Shown in pieces: positions 37,655 to 47,386 of a stretch of 64,000 bases of DNA (positions are counted from its first letter, which is position 1; each line of letters opens with the position of its first letter). Both the position numbers and the translations under genes were made by a program. Under the pieces are notes generated by a model. That model was not told the origin of the DNA. It did not search any database and saw nothing but the letters and a program-made list of their open reading frames with translations. The stretch is taken from the sequence record NC_061442.1. One strand, written 5' to 3'.

Positions 37655-38635
37655 ATGCGATTTGGTTTCGCCTGCAAGCTGATTGACCCACAAGGCAAAC
37701 AGCCGTACACAAACAAAAGTCTAAGCTATAAACATTTCTCTGCCTTATCTGCACCTGACCAACATGACAAGCTCTTGGACGTCGTTACGCATAACCTGAC
37801 TTCACTGCTATCTATGATCAAACACGTTGGTCAGTTACGTACGGATATGCGCATGTTCCGAATCACAAGTGAGTTGCTGCCTCTATACACGCACCCTAAG
37901 GTGTTTCACATGTACATGCGACATGATGTTGTGCGCCTGACTGAAACTATGCTGGCGCTATGTGGCAAAGCAGCAAGACGACATGGTGTGAGGCTTTCAT
38001 TCCACCCAGGACAATTCACGGTGCTCGCGTCTGATCGACCAGACGTTGTTCAAAACTCGATTGCTGAACTTGAGTACCACGCTTACTGCGCCTATCACAT
38101 GGGATACGGTAGACGCTTTCAAGACTTCAAGATCAACATTCACCTTAGCGGTAGATTAGGTGCAGTAGGATTCAGAGCAGCCTTTAGCAAACTCTCTACC
38201 CACTGTCGAAAGATGCTGACTGTGGAGAACGATGAAATCACTTCGAGCATTGAGGACGTACTGACATTATCCGACCTGTGTCCTATCGTGCTGGATATAC
38301 ATCACCACTGGGTAATGACTAACGAGTATATACGACCAGAAGATGATCGTGTGCGACAAGTCATAGATTCTTGGCGAGGTGTTCGACCTGTAGCGCATTA
38401 CTCTGTGTCTAAGCCTGAGTTTGTTCCTTCTCGCGGTCTGCCTGATCAAAACAAGCTGCCTGCTAATCGTATGCAGTTACGAGCACACTCTGATTACTAT
38501 CATAATGAAGACGTGAGCGAGTGGGCGCTTTCATTCACTGATTTTGACCTAATGTGTGAGTCAAAAGCGAAGAATCTAGCACGTACAAAATTGGCATGTT
38601 TTTCAGGCAACTCTGCAAATAACTGGACAAAATGA
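37655..38635 (+). CDS. uvsE: UV damage endonuclease UvsE/UvdE
   Basis: MRFGFACK, MFRITSELLP, RLSFHPGQFTVLAS, ELEYH, INIH, LTVENDE, VLDIHHHW, SWRGVRPVAHYS, RAHSDY, DLMCESKAKNLA. Confidence 0.93.
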   Translation: MRFGFACKLIDPQGKQPYTNKSLSYKHFSALSAPDQHDKLLDVVTHNLTSLLSMIKHVGQLRTDMRMFRITSELLPLYTHPKVFHMYMRHDVVRLTETMLALCGKAARRHGVRLSFHPGQFTVLASDRPDVVQNSIAELEYHAYCAYHMGYGRRFQDFKINIHLSGRLGAVGFRAAFSKLSTHCRKMLTVENDEITSSIEDVLTLSDLCPIVLDIHHHWVMTNEYIRPEDDRVRQVIDSWRGVRPVAHYSVSKPEFVPSRGLPDQNKLPANRMQLRAHSDYYHNEDVSEWALSFTDFDLMCESKAKNLARTKLACFSGNSANNWTK

Positions 38636-38668
38636 GGCTTGTATCTGAATATAGCCCTGTGATACACT
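38615..38668 (+). promoter_or_regulatory. conserved phage promoter, copy 5
   Basis: GCAAATAACTGGACAAAAT ... TGATACACT; 38 nt. Confidence 0.78.
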
Positions 38669-38717
38669 AGATATGAGCATTATCGCTCGTCAGAATAACT
38701 AGAATCGAGGAATCGCT

Positions 38718-39011
38718 ATGTTCACAACTACTATGACTCAAAAGAAACCTGCAATGTCTCTCACGTACTCACGGTCTAATCACTATGAGACACGTAATAG
38801 AATCTCTTGCATCTGGCCTGGTGCGCTGGACGTACCTATGCCAATCAAACGTTGGTGCCGTGCAAATGAAATCCTGATCGACCTCGACGCTTACATGCGT
38901 GTTCGATTCAGGGGCCGTCGCCAAGATATCCTTACGTTGATTGCTAATCACATTGCAGTCAATAACCCTGACCTTGCCACTCGCATCGCCGCGACAATCA
39001 CTGAGGCTTAA
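38718..39011 (+). CDS. hypothetical early protein
   Basis: First gene after promoter copy 38615; GAGGA SD. Confidence 0.7.
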   Translation: MFTTTMTQKKPAMSLTYSRSNHYETRNRISCIWPGALDVPMPIKRWCRANEILIDLDAYMRVRFRGRRQDILTLIANHIAVNNPDLATRIAATITEA

Positions 39012-39012
39012 A

Positions 39013-39276
39013 ATGAAACTTCAACCTGTGGAAGCTGTTTACGGTGCATACAACACCAACACTCCTCTAGTGGAGAAACGCGGCTTTCGTTCTGTCGAAT
39101 CGCAGTACGTCGATGGCACGGAGGTTAGATTACAGCGGCTCGCACATGATATACATGAACGTGTGGTTGTGGGCTACGACCAATTTGGTCGGGCAGTGTA
39201 CGGAACACGCGTACCACAATCAACGTTCGAAGTGCGTGACAGCAAGGAAAGCGAACCGAATAAGACGGCGCCCTAG
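39013..39276 (+). CDS. hypothetical protein
   Basis: GAGG SD before ATG 39013. Confidence 0.58.
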   Translation: MKLQPVEAVYGAYNTNTPLVEKRGFRSVESQYVDGTEVRLQRLAHDIHERVVVGYDQFGRAVYGTRVPQSTFEVRDSKESEPNKTAP

Positions 39277-39333
39277 CAAGCTCACAACCAGAAGCCATAG
39301 AATAACAATAACCAATTCATGCGCTGACCTATC

Positions 39334-39726
39334 GTGGGGTGTCTTAAAATGATCGTTATATGTAATAGCTCGAAAGAATTTTCAGCCGACCGTTTGGCTC
39401 ATGGGGACGCATTTGTTTTTGGAAAGACACGCATGTTGTTACGTGCGGACTTCATCATCCTGACAGACAAAAACAATGCAGTCTTCGTAGTACGCAAATC
39501 TGATGTTGTTTGGTCTCCCGAGCTTACGGGTGCAACGCATGTGATTAAAATCCGGGCGTTCGCCCAGATTAAGCCTTTTGAACTTAACGCAGCATGTCCG
39601 CAATTTAATAGTCGTGTGTTCGGAACAATTGCATTCCGTAACCCACACTTCGAGCACCGCCTTGGTAGCTTGAAATATGTAGAGACAATCTTCGGAGGTT
39701 TACATGGCACGGTATCATGTGTTTAG
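39334..39726 (+). CDS. hypothetical protein
   Basis: Co-oriented ORF; start uncertain. Confidence 0.58.
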   Translation: MGCLKMIVICNSSKEFSADRLAHGDAFVFGKTRMLLRADFIILTDKNNAVFVVRKSDVVWSPELTGATHVIKIRAFAQIKPFELNAACPQFNSRVFGTIAFRNPHFEHRLGSLKYVETIFGGLHGTVSCV

Positions 39727-39955
39727 TGCGACCCATAAATACTACGGTGAAGCATACGAAGGGACTTGGCTGAAAGAGATAACTCTCAATGGGCATCAAG
39801 TCCTCAACGCAGAGTTCCCCAACTTTGAGGCGGCGAAAGAATGTGCCGATAAGTTGCATGAGGTTTGCGATATTGGGTGGATCGTGTATAACGCTTTTTC
39901 TGAACGCGCTATGTACGATACCCGTACAGTACAGGGCGAGTCTGTAAACAACTAA
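39704..39955 (+). CDS. hypothetical protein
   Basis: GGAGG SD. Confidence 0.65.
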   Translation: MARYHVFSATHKYYGEAYEGTWLKEITLNGHQVLNAEFPNFEAAKECADKLHEVCDIGWIVYNAFSERAMYDTRTVQGESVNN

Positions 39956-40025
39956 CAGGCCCGCTAGTAATCCCTAATCGTGATGCTCACGGGCGTCACA
40001 CAAATTCATAATACGAGGCTATAAA

Positions 40026-40535
40026 ATGAAATTCACCGCAATCGCTATCGCACTGGTTATGTCTGCTTCCGCTTCTGCTGCAAACTACGTTGCTCCCGCA
40101 CCTGCCGCCGGCATGAAATCTTCTGGCATGACTATCAGCGACAAGCTGGACGATAGCTGCCAGAAGAAGCTGGAGAAAGCTATCGACCTGCGTCATTCAG
40201 TGATCGACTTTGCTGTTTCGAAAGATGCTATCGACACTGTGGCTGCATGGCCGCTAGTGTGTTCCCCGACTGTTGAATCTGCAACGGTTACTGTTGAACG
40301 TATCGGCAGTGACATTACGATCACTTACGTCAACAAGGACAAGAAGCTGGCCAACCTGAGCCTCGTATTGCAGCGAGTAGAGTCCACTACTGAGGATGAT
40401 GCTCCTGCGTATCAAGTTGTCCAGATTGGTGACCTGAACGCTATGGGTTATCCAGAGCAGAACGTTGTGAAAGAGTGGCTGCTGGATTGCTATGCGGCTA
40501 CAGTTCAGGACAACATGGCTATGGCGAAGAATTGA
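40026..40535 (+). CDS. secreted/periplasmic protein with Sec signal peptide
   Basis: MKFTAIAIALVMSASASA/A signal; three Cys in the mature part. Confidence 0.72.
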   Translation: MKFTAIAIALVMSASASAANYVAPAPAAGMKSSGMTISDKLDDSCQKKLEKAIDLRHSVIDFAVSKDAIDTVAAWPLVCSPTVESATVTVERIGSDITITYVNKDKKLANLSLVLQRVESTTEDDAPAYQVVQIGDLNAMGYPEQNVVKEWLLDCYAATVQDNMAMAKN

Positions 40536-40840
40536 TGAAAGGGAAGAAGCTAAACGTATTCTTGCAGCAACGAACGGCAGTAAACAAAGTTGCGTCCAGT
40601 CCACAAGACTGGGAGACGTACAAAGAAATGCTGCTGAACATACGGCTTGCCGTAGCGGTCGACCCGCGCCCTGATGCTGCTATTCGCCATTTGGCTCGTA
40701 CTTGGTATGCTGAATCAAAGTACGCGCTCCCTGTTTGTCAGGCTACGCTTTTAAAACTCATGACGTTGAAGAAAGCAAACCAGACACTCGAAGAAATGAT
40801 TGCTCTTTATATTGACCTAGAGGAAGGAACTGAGAAATGA
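40535..40840 (+). CDS. hypothetical protein
   Basis: TGATG coupling. Confidence 0.62.
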   Translation: MKGKKLNVFLQQRTAVNKVASSPQDWETYKEMLLNIRLAVAVDPRPDAAIRHLARTWYAESKYALPVCQATLLKLMTLKKANQTLEEMIALYIDLEEGTEK

Positions 40841-42051
40841 CCGAAGCTGAACTGAACAACGACTACATCGTTAACGCAGCAAAAACTATCTTCACCGCAG
40901 GGACAGTGCAACAACGTGACGCCTTGCGAACTATCGCTAATACTGTCCTTTCAGGCAAAGCTGCTTTCGCTTACGAAGACTGTTCGTTGGATATTGAAAC
41001 AACGTATCGTCTGTTAGAAGAAATCCAGTTTACTGGTGATGGCCGTCGAATGTTGCCTGCCGATGAAATTGTCGCGCTTGATAACATCTTGCGCAAGAAC
41101 TGGCGCAAAGACTTCTTCACCGCAGTATCGAACATGGCTCTGACTATGTACAGTACAGACCCACGTACTGCTGGACGCGGCTTCTGGCCGACGAGTCATA
41201 GCGAGTGTGCGCTGCTTGTGCATCGTGCGTTCTTGTGGGTTGTCGCCCAGAACGGTCTTACTAATCTGCTGCGTGAGAACTATATGGGTGTGAGTCATAC
41301 TCGCCTGCCTCAGTTTATCGTAGCGTTTCAAGTCGCAGGTAAAGACGAAGGTGTTGCGCGTCATTACACTCTGTATAATGCGCAGGAAGATTGCGGGACC
41401 ATCACTACGAACAATCTTCTGCCTGAGGACTACAAAGAGAAACTGGCGGCAGAGCTTTTAGCGAATCGTCCTGCTGAGTATGATGCCGTAGAGCACATGG
41501 ATTTTGACGAACTGATCGAACTGTGCGAACGTCTGAACGTTATCGGACCAAACTCGACCAAGCGCCAGGCCACTTGCGATTGTAGCATTGACGATGATTG
41601 TGAGTGTGACGAAGAAGACGAGCCTATGACCCGCGACGACTTCGATAAAGATGAAGTCGGTGACCTGCGCGATCACTTCTGGCAGAAGTACGGTTACCCA
41701 GACGACGAGCCTGAAATCCCAGACGAAGATGTGTGGATTCCCGGTGTGTCTCAAATGGAAGTCCGTATCGATCTTCCTGTAGTAACTCTGTCTGACCCAG
41801 ACAAACAGATTGTCCCACGTGCTGGCATGAAGATGAAGTCCCGCGCGAAAAAGCCTATGGGCAAAAGTGAGCCTGTTGTGCTGTCTTACGCCCAACAAAT
41901 CTGGCATGAGCTGGATAGCAAGAAAGAGTTTGGTGATCGTAGTTTCGCAATCACTCTCGTTTCTCGCCATACGTGCGGAGTTAGTCGCGCAGTCGCTACG
42001 ACCCGTGAAGCGCTGGCAATCGCTACTGCACTGATGGATGTAAGCAAATAA
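40837..42051 (+). CDS. hypothetical protein (404 aa) with acidic Cys-rich linker
   Basis: TCDCSIDDDCECDEEDE; stop lies inside promoter box 42044. Confidence 0.75.
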   Translation: MTEAELNNDYIVNAAKTIFTAGTVQQRDALRTIANTVLSGKAAFAYEDCSLDIETTYRLLEEIQFTGDGRRMLPADEIVALDNILRKNWRKDFFTAVSNMALTMYSTDPRTAGRGFWPTSHSECALLVHRAFLWVVAQNGLTNLLRENYMGVSHTRLPQFIVAFQVAGKDEGVARHYTLYNAQEDCGTITTNNLLPEDYKEKLAAELLANRPAEYDAVEHMDFDELIELCERLNVIGPNSTKRQATCDCSIDDDCECDEEDEPMTRDDFDKDEVGDLRDHFWQKYGYPDDEPEIPDEDVWIPGVSQMEVRIDLPVVTLSDPDKQIVPRAGMKMKSRAKKPMGKSEPVVLSYAQQIWHELDSKKEFGDRSFAITLVSRHTCGVSRAVATTREALAIATALMDVSK

Positions 42052-42096
42052 CTGGTCAGAATAGCGCTTCTTCGTGAGGCGCTTCTATGATATAAT
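42044..42096 (+). promoter_or_regulatory. conserved phage promoter, copy 6
   Basis: GCAAATAACTGGTCAGAAT ... TGATATAAT; 37 nt. Confidence 0.82.
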
Positions 42097-42164
42097 CATA
42101 GATAGAGCAACAATGCTCTCAACGTTCTATTCAACCATACGTTTAAACACGGGATTGTCATAAA

Positions 42165-42467
42165 ATGTCACGTACTATTTCACGCAAGAAAGCTCTCGAA
42201 TTAATGTCTAAAACTTACAACGCAAAGCATCCTGAATATCTGCCTCGCCTGATGGCAGAAGATATGGATTCTTCCAGCTTGTTTGAATTTCGTGAAGATG
42301 TTGTTGCCCAGATTCGTGAAGGCAAAGATCCCGTTGCTGTTGTTGATGCTATGATCGACAACGCTATTCGTGTGACTCTGGTTCGTCGTCGTTCTAGCAA
42401 CGATTACAATCCAAAGATCGCCGATGTACTTACTGATGAAATTCGTGATCTGCTCCGTAACCTATAA
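42165..42467 (+). CDS. hypothetical early protein
   Basis: First gene after promoter copy 42044. Confidence 0.72.
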   Translation: MSRTISRKKALELMSKTYNAKHPEYLPRLMAEDMDSSSLFEFREDVVAQIREGKDPVAVVDAMIDNAIRVTLVRRRSSNDYNPKIADVLTDEIRDLLRNL

Positions 42468-42475
42468 GGAATAAA

Positions 42476-43027
42476 ATGAAAAGCTACGGTTACTTTTATA
42501 TGTTGAATCACATTGCGATGGCCGTAGACGCACCCAGCAAGGACGCTGGGTTTAAAGCTATGGTTGAGTTGGACATGTTCAACCGTGCGTCTATCTTCAC
42601 CCGCCCTGACGCTGAGCCTCGTGCTGCTCAACTCGTCAAAGACTTGACTGCTTCAATCTATCCTGTCGGCGACTGTCACCCGACTATCGAACAGCGCATG
42701 ATGCTTGTTCGCGCTCTGCATGATCAAGAGCTGGAAAAGATTGTAGGCTCGATTCGTTTCTTCGTGCCGTTCGCATACACGAAAGAAGAACTGTGCGACA
42801 CGTTCGGCTTCTTCGACAACGGAGACACGTTGAGCATTCCGTATTTCTTGCGTCATCATTTCATGGACGACCAAGCTGTCTTCTGTGAAGGTAAGCTAAC
42901 CAGCTTCGCTTACTCCTGCACTCATGGAGAAGTGTCGCAGACGGCTCGCCAGTACGGTTTGTTCCCTGCATACGCTTATGGTAAGAACGATATACCTGAG
43001 CAATTCAAACATCTGCCTCTGTTCTAG
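42476..43027 (+). CDS. hypothetical protein
   Basis: TAAGGA SD. Confidence 0.7.
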   Translation: MKSYGYFYMLNHIAMAVDAPSKDAGFKAMVELDMFNRASIFTRPDAEPRAAQLVKDLTASIYPVGDCHPTIEQRMMLVRALHDQELEKIVGSIRFFVPFAYTKEELCDTFGFFDNGDTLSIPYFLRHHFMDDQAVFCEGKLTSFAYSCTHGEVSQTARQYGLFPAYAYGKNDIPEQFKHLPLF

Positions 43028-43036
43028 GAGCTTCTC

Positions 43037-43498
43037 ATGGGAGTAGTTAAAGGCATAACCGCTACCACGTTCCCTTCGAGGGGACGTGACGAGGGCCAGA
43101 AGATTGCTCTCAAAACTCGCTGGGGAATTTTCCCTGCGTCTGTTGTTCGTCAGGACAACGATCATCCGTACAACGAGATATGGAAGATTGACGGTAAGAA
43201 CTTACCGCGTCGCTACTTCTCGGAAGACGCAGACCTGTTCGTGTCCAGACAGTTCATCGAGAACTTCCCGAAGCGCTCTCTAGTCTGCGCTAAAGGTGAA
43301 AGTGAAAACCAATTCGTTGACGTTGTGTTTGACCACGACACGCAGAATACCTGCGAAGGCGTTATCGTGACGCATCGTGATCTGTTAATCGTCATCTTGA
43401 TTACGACGGGCCCTCATGCAGGCCGATACGTTACAGGAAAAGAATGCCAGTACGCACCTAAGCCGCGTAAGGTTAAGGAGCTGATCGATGAAAGTTGA
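43037..43498 (+). CDS. hypothetical protein, possibly two SH3-like halves
   Basis: FPSRG...IVRQD and FPKRS...GVIVTH...GRYVTGKECQY. Confidence 0.65.
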   Translation: MGVVKGITATTFPSRGRDEGQKIALKTRWGIFPASVVRQDNDHPYNEIWKIDGKNLPRRYFSEDADLFVSRQFIENFPKRSLVCAKGESENQFVDVVFDHDTQNTCEGVIVTHRDLLIVILITTGPHAGRYVTGKECQYAPKPRKVKELIDES

Positions 43499-43769
43499 TA
43501 AAGGTAATTTCCTTGAGCGTTTGAGGTCAGGCGAAACCTTTTACATGCACGTTAGCGGCAAGAAGAAAGGTCAACCTCGTCAAGGTGTTTCGTTGGGTCA
43601 TGATGCTCGATACAAAGACCTGATGATGGCCGTAGGTGGAGTTGCATTCACTCACGGGTATAAGAACGTTCATGTATCATTTAGCCGCAACATTATGGCA
43701 GATGCTGATGGTGTTGTGGTGTTTCGTGTTAAACAATCAATCACTGTTAAAGAAGAAAGGACGTACTAA
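43488..43769 (+). CDS. hypothetical protein
   Basis: AAGGAG SD. Confidence 0.65.
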   Translation: MKVDKGNFLERLRSGETFYMHVSGKKKGQPRQGVSLGHDARYKDLMMAVGGVAFTHGYKNVHVSFSRNIMADADGVVVFRVKQSITVKEERTY

Positions 43770-44296
43770 TGCAATTCTTAATCAAGCCAGAAGATCGTTT
43801 CCCGAATTTCATTCCGCCTAAGCGCGCCACAGCTAAAGCTGCTGGCTTCGACCTGTTTGCGCAGGAAGATATGATCATCACTGGTGAAACAGTGTTGTTC
43901 GATCTGGGCTTCCGCACTAAAGTGCCGAAAGACCACGTTGCTGTCATCTTCCCTCGTAGTGGTCTGGGTGCTAAGTTTCAGGTGCAGTTGTCAAACACGA
44001 ACGGTGTTATCGACGAAGACTACACGGGTATCTGGATGGCGGCGTTGCATCTCGGCGGTAAAGGTACTCAGGTGCAGCAACTCGATTGGTTGAGCGCCGC
44101 CTACGAGCAATCAAGCCACAAAGAAATCCCTGACATTGACGATGACGAAGACCAGAAAGCATTGTTGATCAAACGCGGCGATGCGTTCGCGCAAGTGCTG
44201 TTCTTCCCAGTGCCAGAAGTCGAAGTGGTTATCACCCATGAACCTCTGCCTGAAACAGATCGTGGTGACGGTGGATTCGGTTCCACGACGAAGTGA
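43769..44296 (+). CDS. dut: dUTPase (trimeric)
   Basis: AAGFDL, IFPRSGLG, NGVIDEDYTG, GDAFAQ, RGDGGFGST; acidic insertion between motifs III and IV. Confidence 0.95.
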   Translation: MQFLIKPEDRFPNFIPPKRATAKAAGFDLFAQEDMIITGETVLFDLGFRTKVPKDHVAVIFPRSGLGAKFQVQLSNTNGVIDEDYTGIWMAALHLGGKGTQVQQLDWLSAAYEQSSHKEIPDIDDDEDQKALLIKRGDAFAQVLFFPVPEVEVVITHEPLPETDRGDGGFGSTTK

Positions 44297-44508
44297 ATTA
44301 CTTCTGGCTAATCTTTGCAGCGTACTACGTTGTCGGCATTGTCGTATTCGTCCGGGACCTGAGGGAATCGACAGATGATGTAATGCTGATGCGCCAGTTC
44401 AATGAAGAACTGAATCGCATGTCCAATCTCGAACTCGTTTGGGATGCGACAAAACTTTTGCTGTTCGTGGTATTCATTCACATTCCGTGCTGGATTCTCC
44501 GCGTATAG
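44293..44508 (+). CDS. small membrane protein (2 TM)
   Basis: Two hydrophobic stretches; GTGA overlap. Confidence 0.58.
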   Translation: MNYFWLIFAAYYVVGIVVFVRDLRESTDDVMLMRQFNEELNRMSNLELVWDATKLLLFVVFIHIPCWILRV

Positions 44509-44566
44509 TGATATCGTTCACACAAGGAGCCTTACGTGGGCTCCTTATTATCGTAATATAAATGCT

Positions 44567-44881
44567 ATGGGAAAGAAAACTTATCTGCTGCCACGCGAAC
44601 GCCCTAGCCCTCTGCCGAACTTACGTGCCTATCTCGCGTATCTCGCCCGGAAGCCTAACGCTAACCGCGAAGTATTAGAAACGTATTGTGATGCAAGCCT
44701 AGCTCAAATGCGCCGCGAACGGTTTTTCGTCGGTAAGCTCTTTGCCTACAAAGTGTATACGAAATCGAACAAACTCGCGTACACGGTTGTGTGGATTGAC
44801 CCATACAACTACGACTGCCTTGTTCTCAATCACCAAAGGAGATGTGTAGAGTTCAAAAACTTATACGGCCTGCTATTATAG
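44567..44881 (+). CDS. basic hypothetical protein
   Basis: Start estimated at ATG 44567. Confidence 0.55.
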   Translation: MGKKTYLLPRERPSPLPNLRAYLAYLARKPNANREVLETYCDASLAQMRRERFFVGKLFAYKVYTKSNKLAYTVVWIDPYNYDCLVLNHQRRCVEFKNLYGLLL

Positions 44882-44919
44882 TTGGGTCCTAGCGCCTTCA
44901 CACTAGGGGAAATATTCCG

Positions 44920-45600
44920 ATGATAACTGTCCTTAACAATCGTACCGACGAGGTAATGAAACGCCTGAACGTAGCAGTATGGGTATGCGTGGTAGTTGCG
45001 TTCGCTGTCTTAATAGCGTTGCGTATCTCACCTGCATTCGCCAGTATGTCTACAGGCCCTGACAATGCCATTGATATGTCCTCCGCCGTGTCACTCGATC
45101 CCTCCAATCGCGTGGCGACAAAATACAAGGAGATAGAAAAGGCAGTAGCAGTCAAAGACGAACGAAGGCCAAAACGCTATGTAACACGCGAGCGCCTCCG
45201 ACAACTTTACGCGCACTTGCCTCACCCGTCTGACTTAGGCAAGCAGATTGATTTGGCCGCAGAGAAGTATGGAGTAGACGCAAAACTCGTTCTCTCTATC
45301 TGTGTCTCCGAGTCGCATCTTCGTGCAAAGGTCAGGAATAAGTCTGGTGCTACTGGTATGTGTCAAATCATGCCTGACATGCACGGACGTTCTGCACGGG
45401 AACTCATGGACTACCGAGTCAACATTGATCAGGCAGCCCAGATTGTTGCGTTACTAAACAAGCAGTGTAAGGGACGACGCGCCTGCGTTATCCAAAGTTA
45501 CAACACTGGTTGGGGAGCATACTTAAAAGGTGTACGTTCACCACAATACTTAGCGAAAGTTCAGACCGAGTATCGCCGCAAGCATACTCCTTCTTCCTGA
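44920..45600 (+). CDS. lytic transglycosylase (SLT/goose lysozyme-like) with N-terminal TM anchor
   Basis: AAEKYGVDAKLVLSICVSES, SGATGMCQIMP, NIDQAAQ, SYNTG; hydrophobic N-terminal helix. Confidence 0.88.
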   Translation: MITVLNNRTDEVMKRLNVAVWVCVVVAFAVLIALRISPAFASMSTGPDNAIDMSSAVSLDPSNRVATKYKEIEKAVAVKDERRPKRYVTRERLRQLYAHLPHPSDLGKQIDLAAEKYGVDAKLVLSICVSESHLRAKVRNKSGATGMCQIMPDMHGRSARELMDYRVNIDQAAQIVALLNKQCKGRRACVIQSYNTGWGAYLKGVRSPQYLAKVQTEYRRKHTPSS

Positions 45601-45614
45601 TAGAGGATATAATA

Positions 45615-46301
45615 ATGAGCATGAATATCACCGCACTGTACAAAATGCAATTCCAGTTGTTGAAGCCGCTGTCTCCACGTCAGGAGTATGCACTGGTAGT
45701 GCTGCTGTGTGACAACATTGTTGATGGTGACGTTGCAGCAATGGCAGAAGTGATCGTCCGTGACTATCCGCACGTTGCGCGCCTGTATGATGCGTTTGCT
45801 GCGGCTAATCAATACGAGAACGCAGTACCGTTCATCGTACCTGTGTTGAACTCCGAAGAAGTTACAGAAGAAATCTTCTGCATTCGTGACCACGCACTCG
45901 TAGTTGCACCTGACCTGCGCGAACTTCTTAATCAGGCTCTCACTCGCGTTATTCTGATGCGTGAAACACCTGATGAATTGCTGATACGTGAAGGCGCCGA
46001 GTTGCTGCTCTGTGAAGATGCACTGCCGTTTGTTCTAGGTCAGTTCATCGACAGTATGCTCGATGCTTACAACTGCGGTGTGCTCCCAATGATCGTGCGC
46101 CCTTCGAAAGAGCAACAGGCAATGCGCCCTGAGCGTCTGCTCTCGTTCGATATGCTGCGCGAACATAACATGTTCTCTGGAAGTCTGGACTTTACTAAAG
46201 CTCTACAGCCGAGTGCTAAAGCAAAGGTGATTGCTGCCCAGCTTATCTCTCGTCTGCATAGCGTCAAAGCTAAACAAGGCTTCGATGCGGTAACACAATA
46301 A
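45615..46301 (+). CDS. hypothetical protein
   Basis: GAGGA SD before ATG 45615. Confidence 0.72.
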   Translation: MSMNITALYKMQFQLLKPLSPRQEYALVVLLCDNIVDGDVAAMAEVIVRDYPHVARLYDAFAAANQYENAVPFIVPVLNSEEVTEEIFCIRDHALVVAPDLRELLNQALTRVILMRETPDELLIREGAELLLCEDALPFVLGQFIDSMLDAYNCGVLPMIVRPSKEQQAMRPERLLSFDMLREHNMFSGSLDFTKALQPSAKAKVIAAQLISRLHSVKAKQGFDAVTQ

Positions 46302-46305
46302 ACTC

Positions 46306-46336
46306 AACGGGAGACCTTAACTGGTTTCCCGTTTTT
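46306..46336 (+). terminator. Rho-independent terminator
   Basis: AACGGGAGACC-TTAACT-GGTTTCCCGTT-TTT. Confidence 0.78.
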
Positions 46337-46368
46337 CATTTCTGCGCAAATTTTTAAGGACTACACAA

Positions 46369-47310
46369 ATGACCAAAATGGTTGCACTGCCTTTCGCTTC
46401 TTCTGAACAACGCAATCGCTTCTTCGATCAACGCGTGGGTGACCTAAAACTTAACGCCGTCTGGAACTACGTTGTATCAAACAACAATCCGAACTGGAAA
46501 GGCGATCCTCTGCTGCACCACATGCACTACCATTCGACCGAGCATATGAAGCAGGTAACTGCTCTGGCTCTCTGGCTGCTGGATAAAGAAGCGCAACAGC
46601 CGTGGCAATACGATACTGGGGCCTTGCCTCTTGCTGTGGCCTGTATGTTCCACGACATGGACCACTCACTTGGTCGCCTCAACGATGCAAGTAATATTCG
46701 TCTGGCGCAAGAGGCTTTCAAGAAGTATCTGACCGTGTGTGAAGATGAACGTATTAAAGATCACGAAGCAATTATCCTAGACCTGATTGACATTACGCGC
46801 TTCCCGTACATGAAGAACCGTCAGCCGAAGAATCTGATTGAGCGTTGCATTCGTGATGCGGATATTCTCTACGGTATGCAGGACGATGCACTGGACGTTG
46901 TGATATTCTCGCTGCGCCGTGAAGTAAACCGTAACGTAAATGAAAACGTGTATTTCCAGGCAGACCAGTGGGCACAAGGCCGTGTTGACTTCGTTCGCAG
47001 TGTTGAAATCTACTGCCCGTCTGCTGACGCAATGATGGAATGGCTACTGGCGGAAGACAACGATCACAACCATCAAGATAAGATTGACGACTGGATGCGT
47101 CACGAAGTCAGTTTCCGAGACACGTCCGCGCATAAACTCAAAGCCAATGACGTGCTGTTCATCGACACGCAGGAAGACAGCACACCGAAGCGCCGTCTGA
47201 TTGAACGTGTCGAAACAGTTCACCCGTATCTCAATATCTACTTTGACGGAGGCGAATCTATCTCGCTACGTGATGGTGAGAGTTGTGTGGTTGTCGAACG
47301 TCGCAAATAA
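46369..47310 (+). CDS. HD-domain phosphohydrolase
   Basis: YHSTEH, ACMFHDMDH, IRDADIL. Confidence 0.82.
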   Translation: MTKMVALPFASSEQRNRFFDQRVGDLKLNAVWNYVVSNNNPNWKGDPLLHHMHYHSTEHMKQVTALALWLLDKEAQQPWQYDTGALPLAVACMFHDMDHSLGRLNDASNIRLAQEAFKKYLTVCEDERIKDHEAIILDLIDITRFPYMKNRQPKNLIERCIRDADILYGMQDDALDVVIFSLRREVNRNVNENVYFQADQWAQGRVDFVRSVEIYCPSADAMMEWLLAEDNDHNHQDKIDDWMRHEVSFRDTSAHKLKANDVLFIDTQEDSTPKRRLIERVETVHPYLNIYFDGGESISLRDGESCVVVERRK

Positions 47311-47354
47311 TAGGCTGAAATAGTCATGTACTGACTAGGCGCCTGTGATATAAT
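47303..47354 (+). promoter_or_regulatory. conserved phage promoter, copy 7
   Basis: GCAAATAATAGGCTGAAAT ... TGATATAAT; 36 nt. Confidence 0.82.
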
Positions 47355-47386
47355 ACGCATAGGCACACATAATAGAGAGAACTCGA

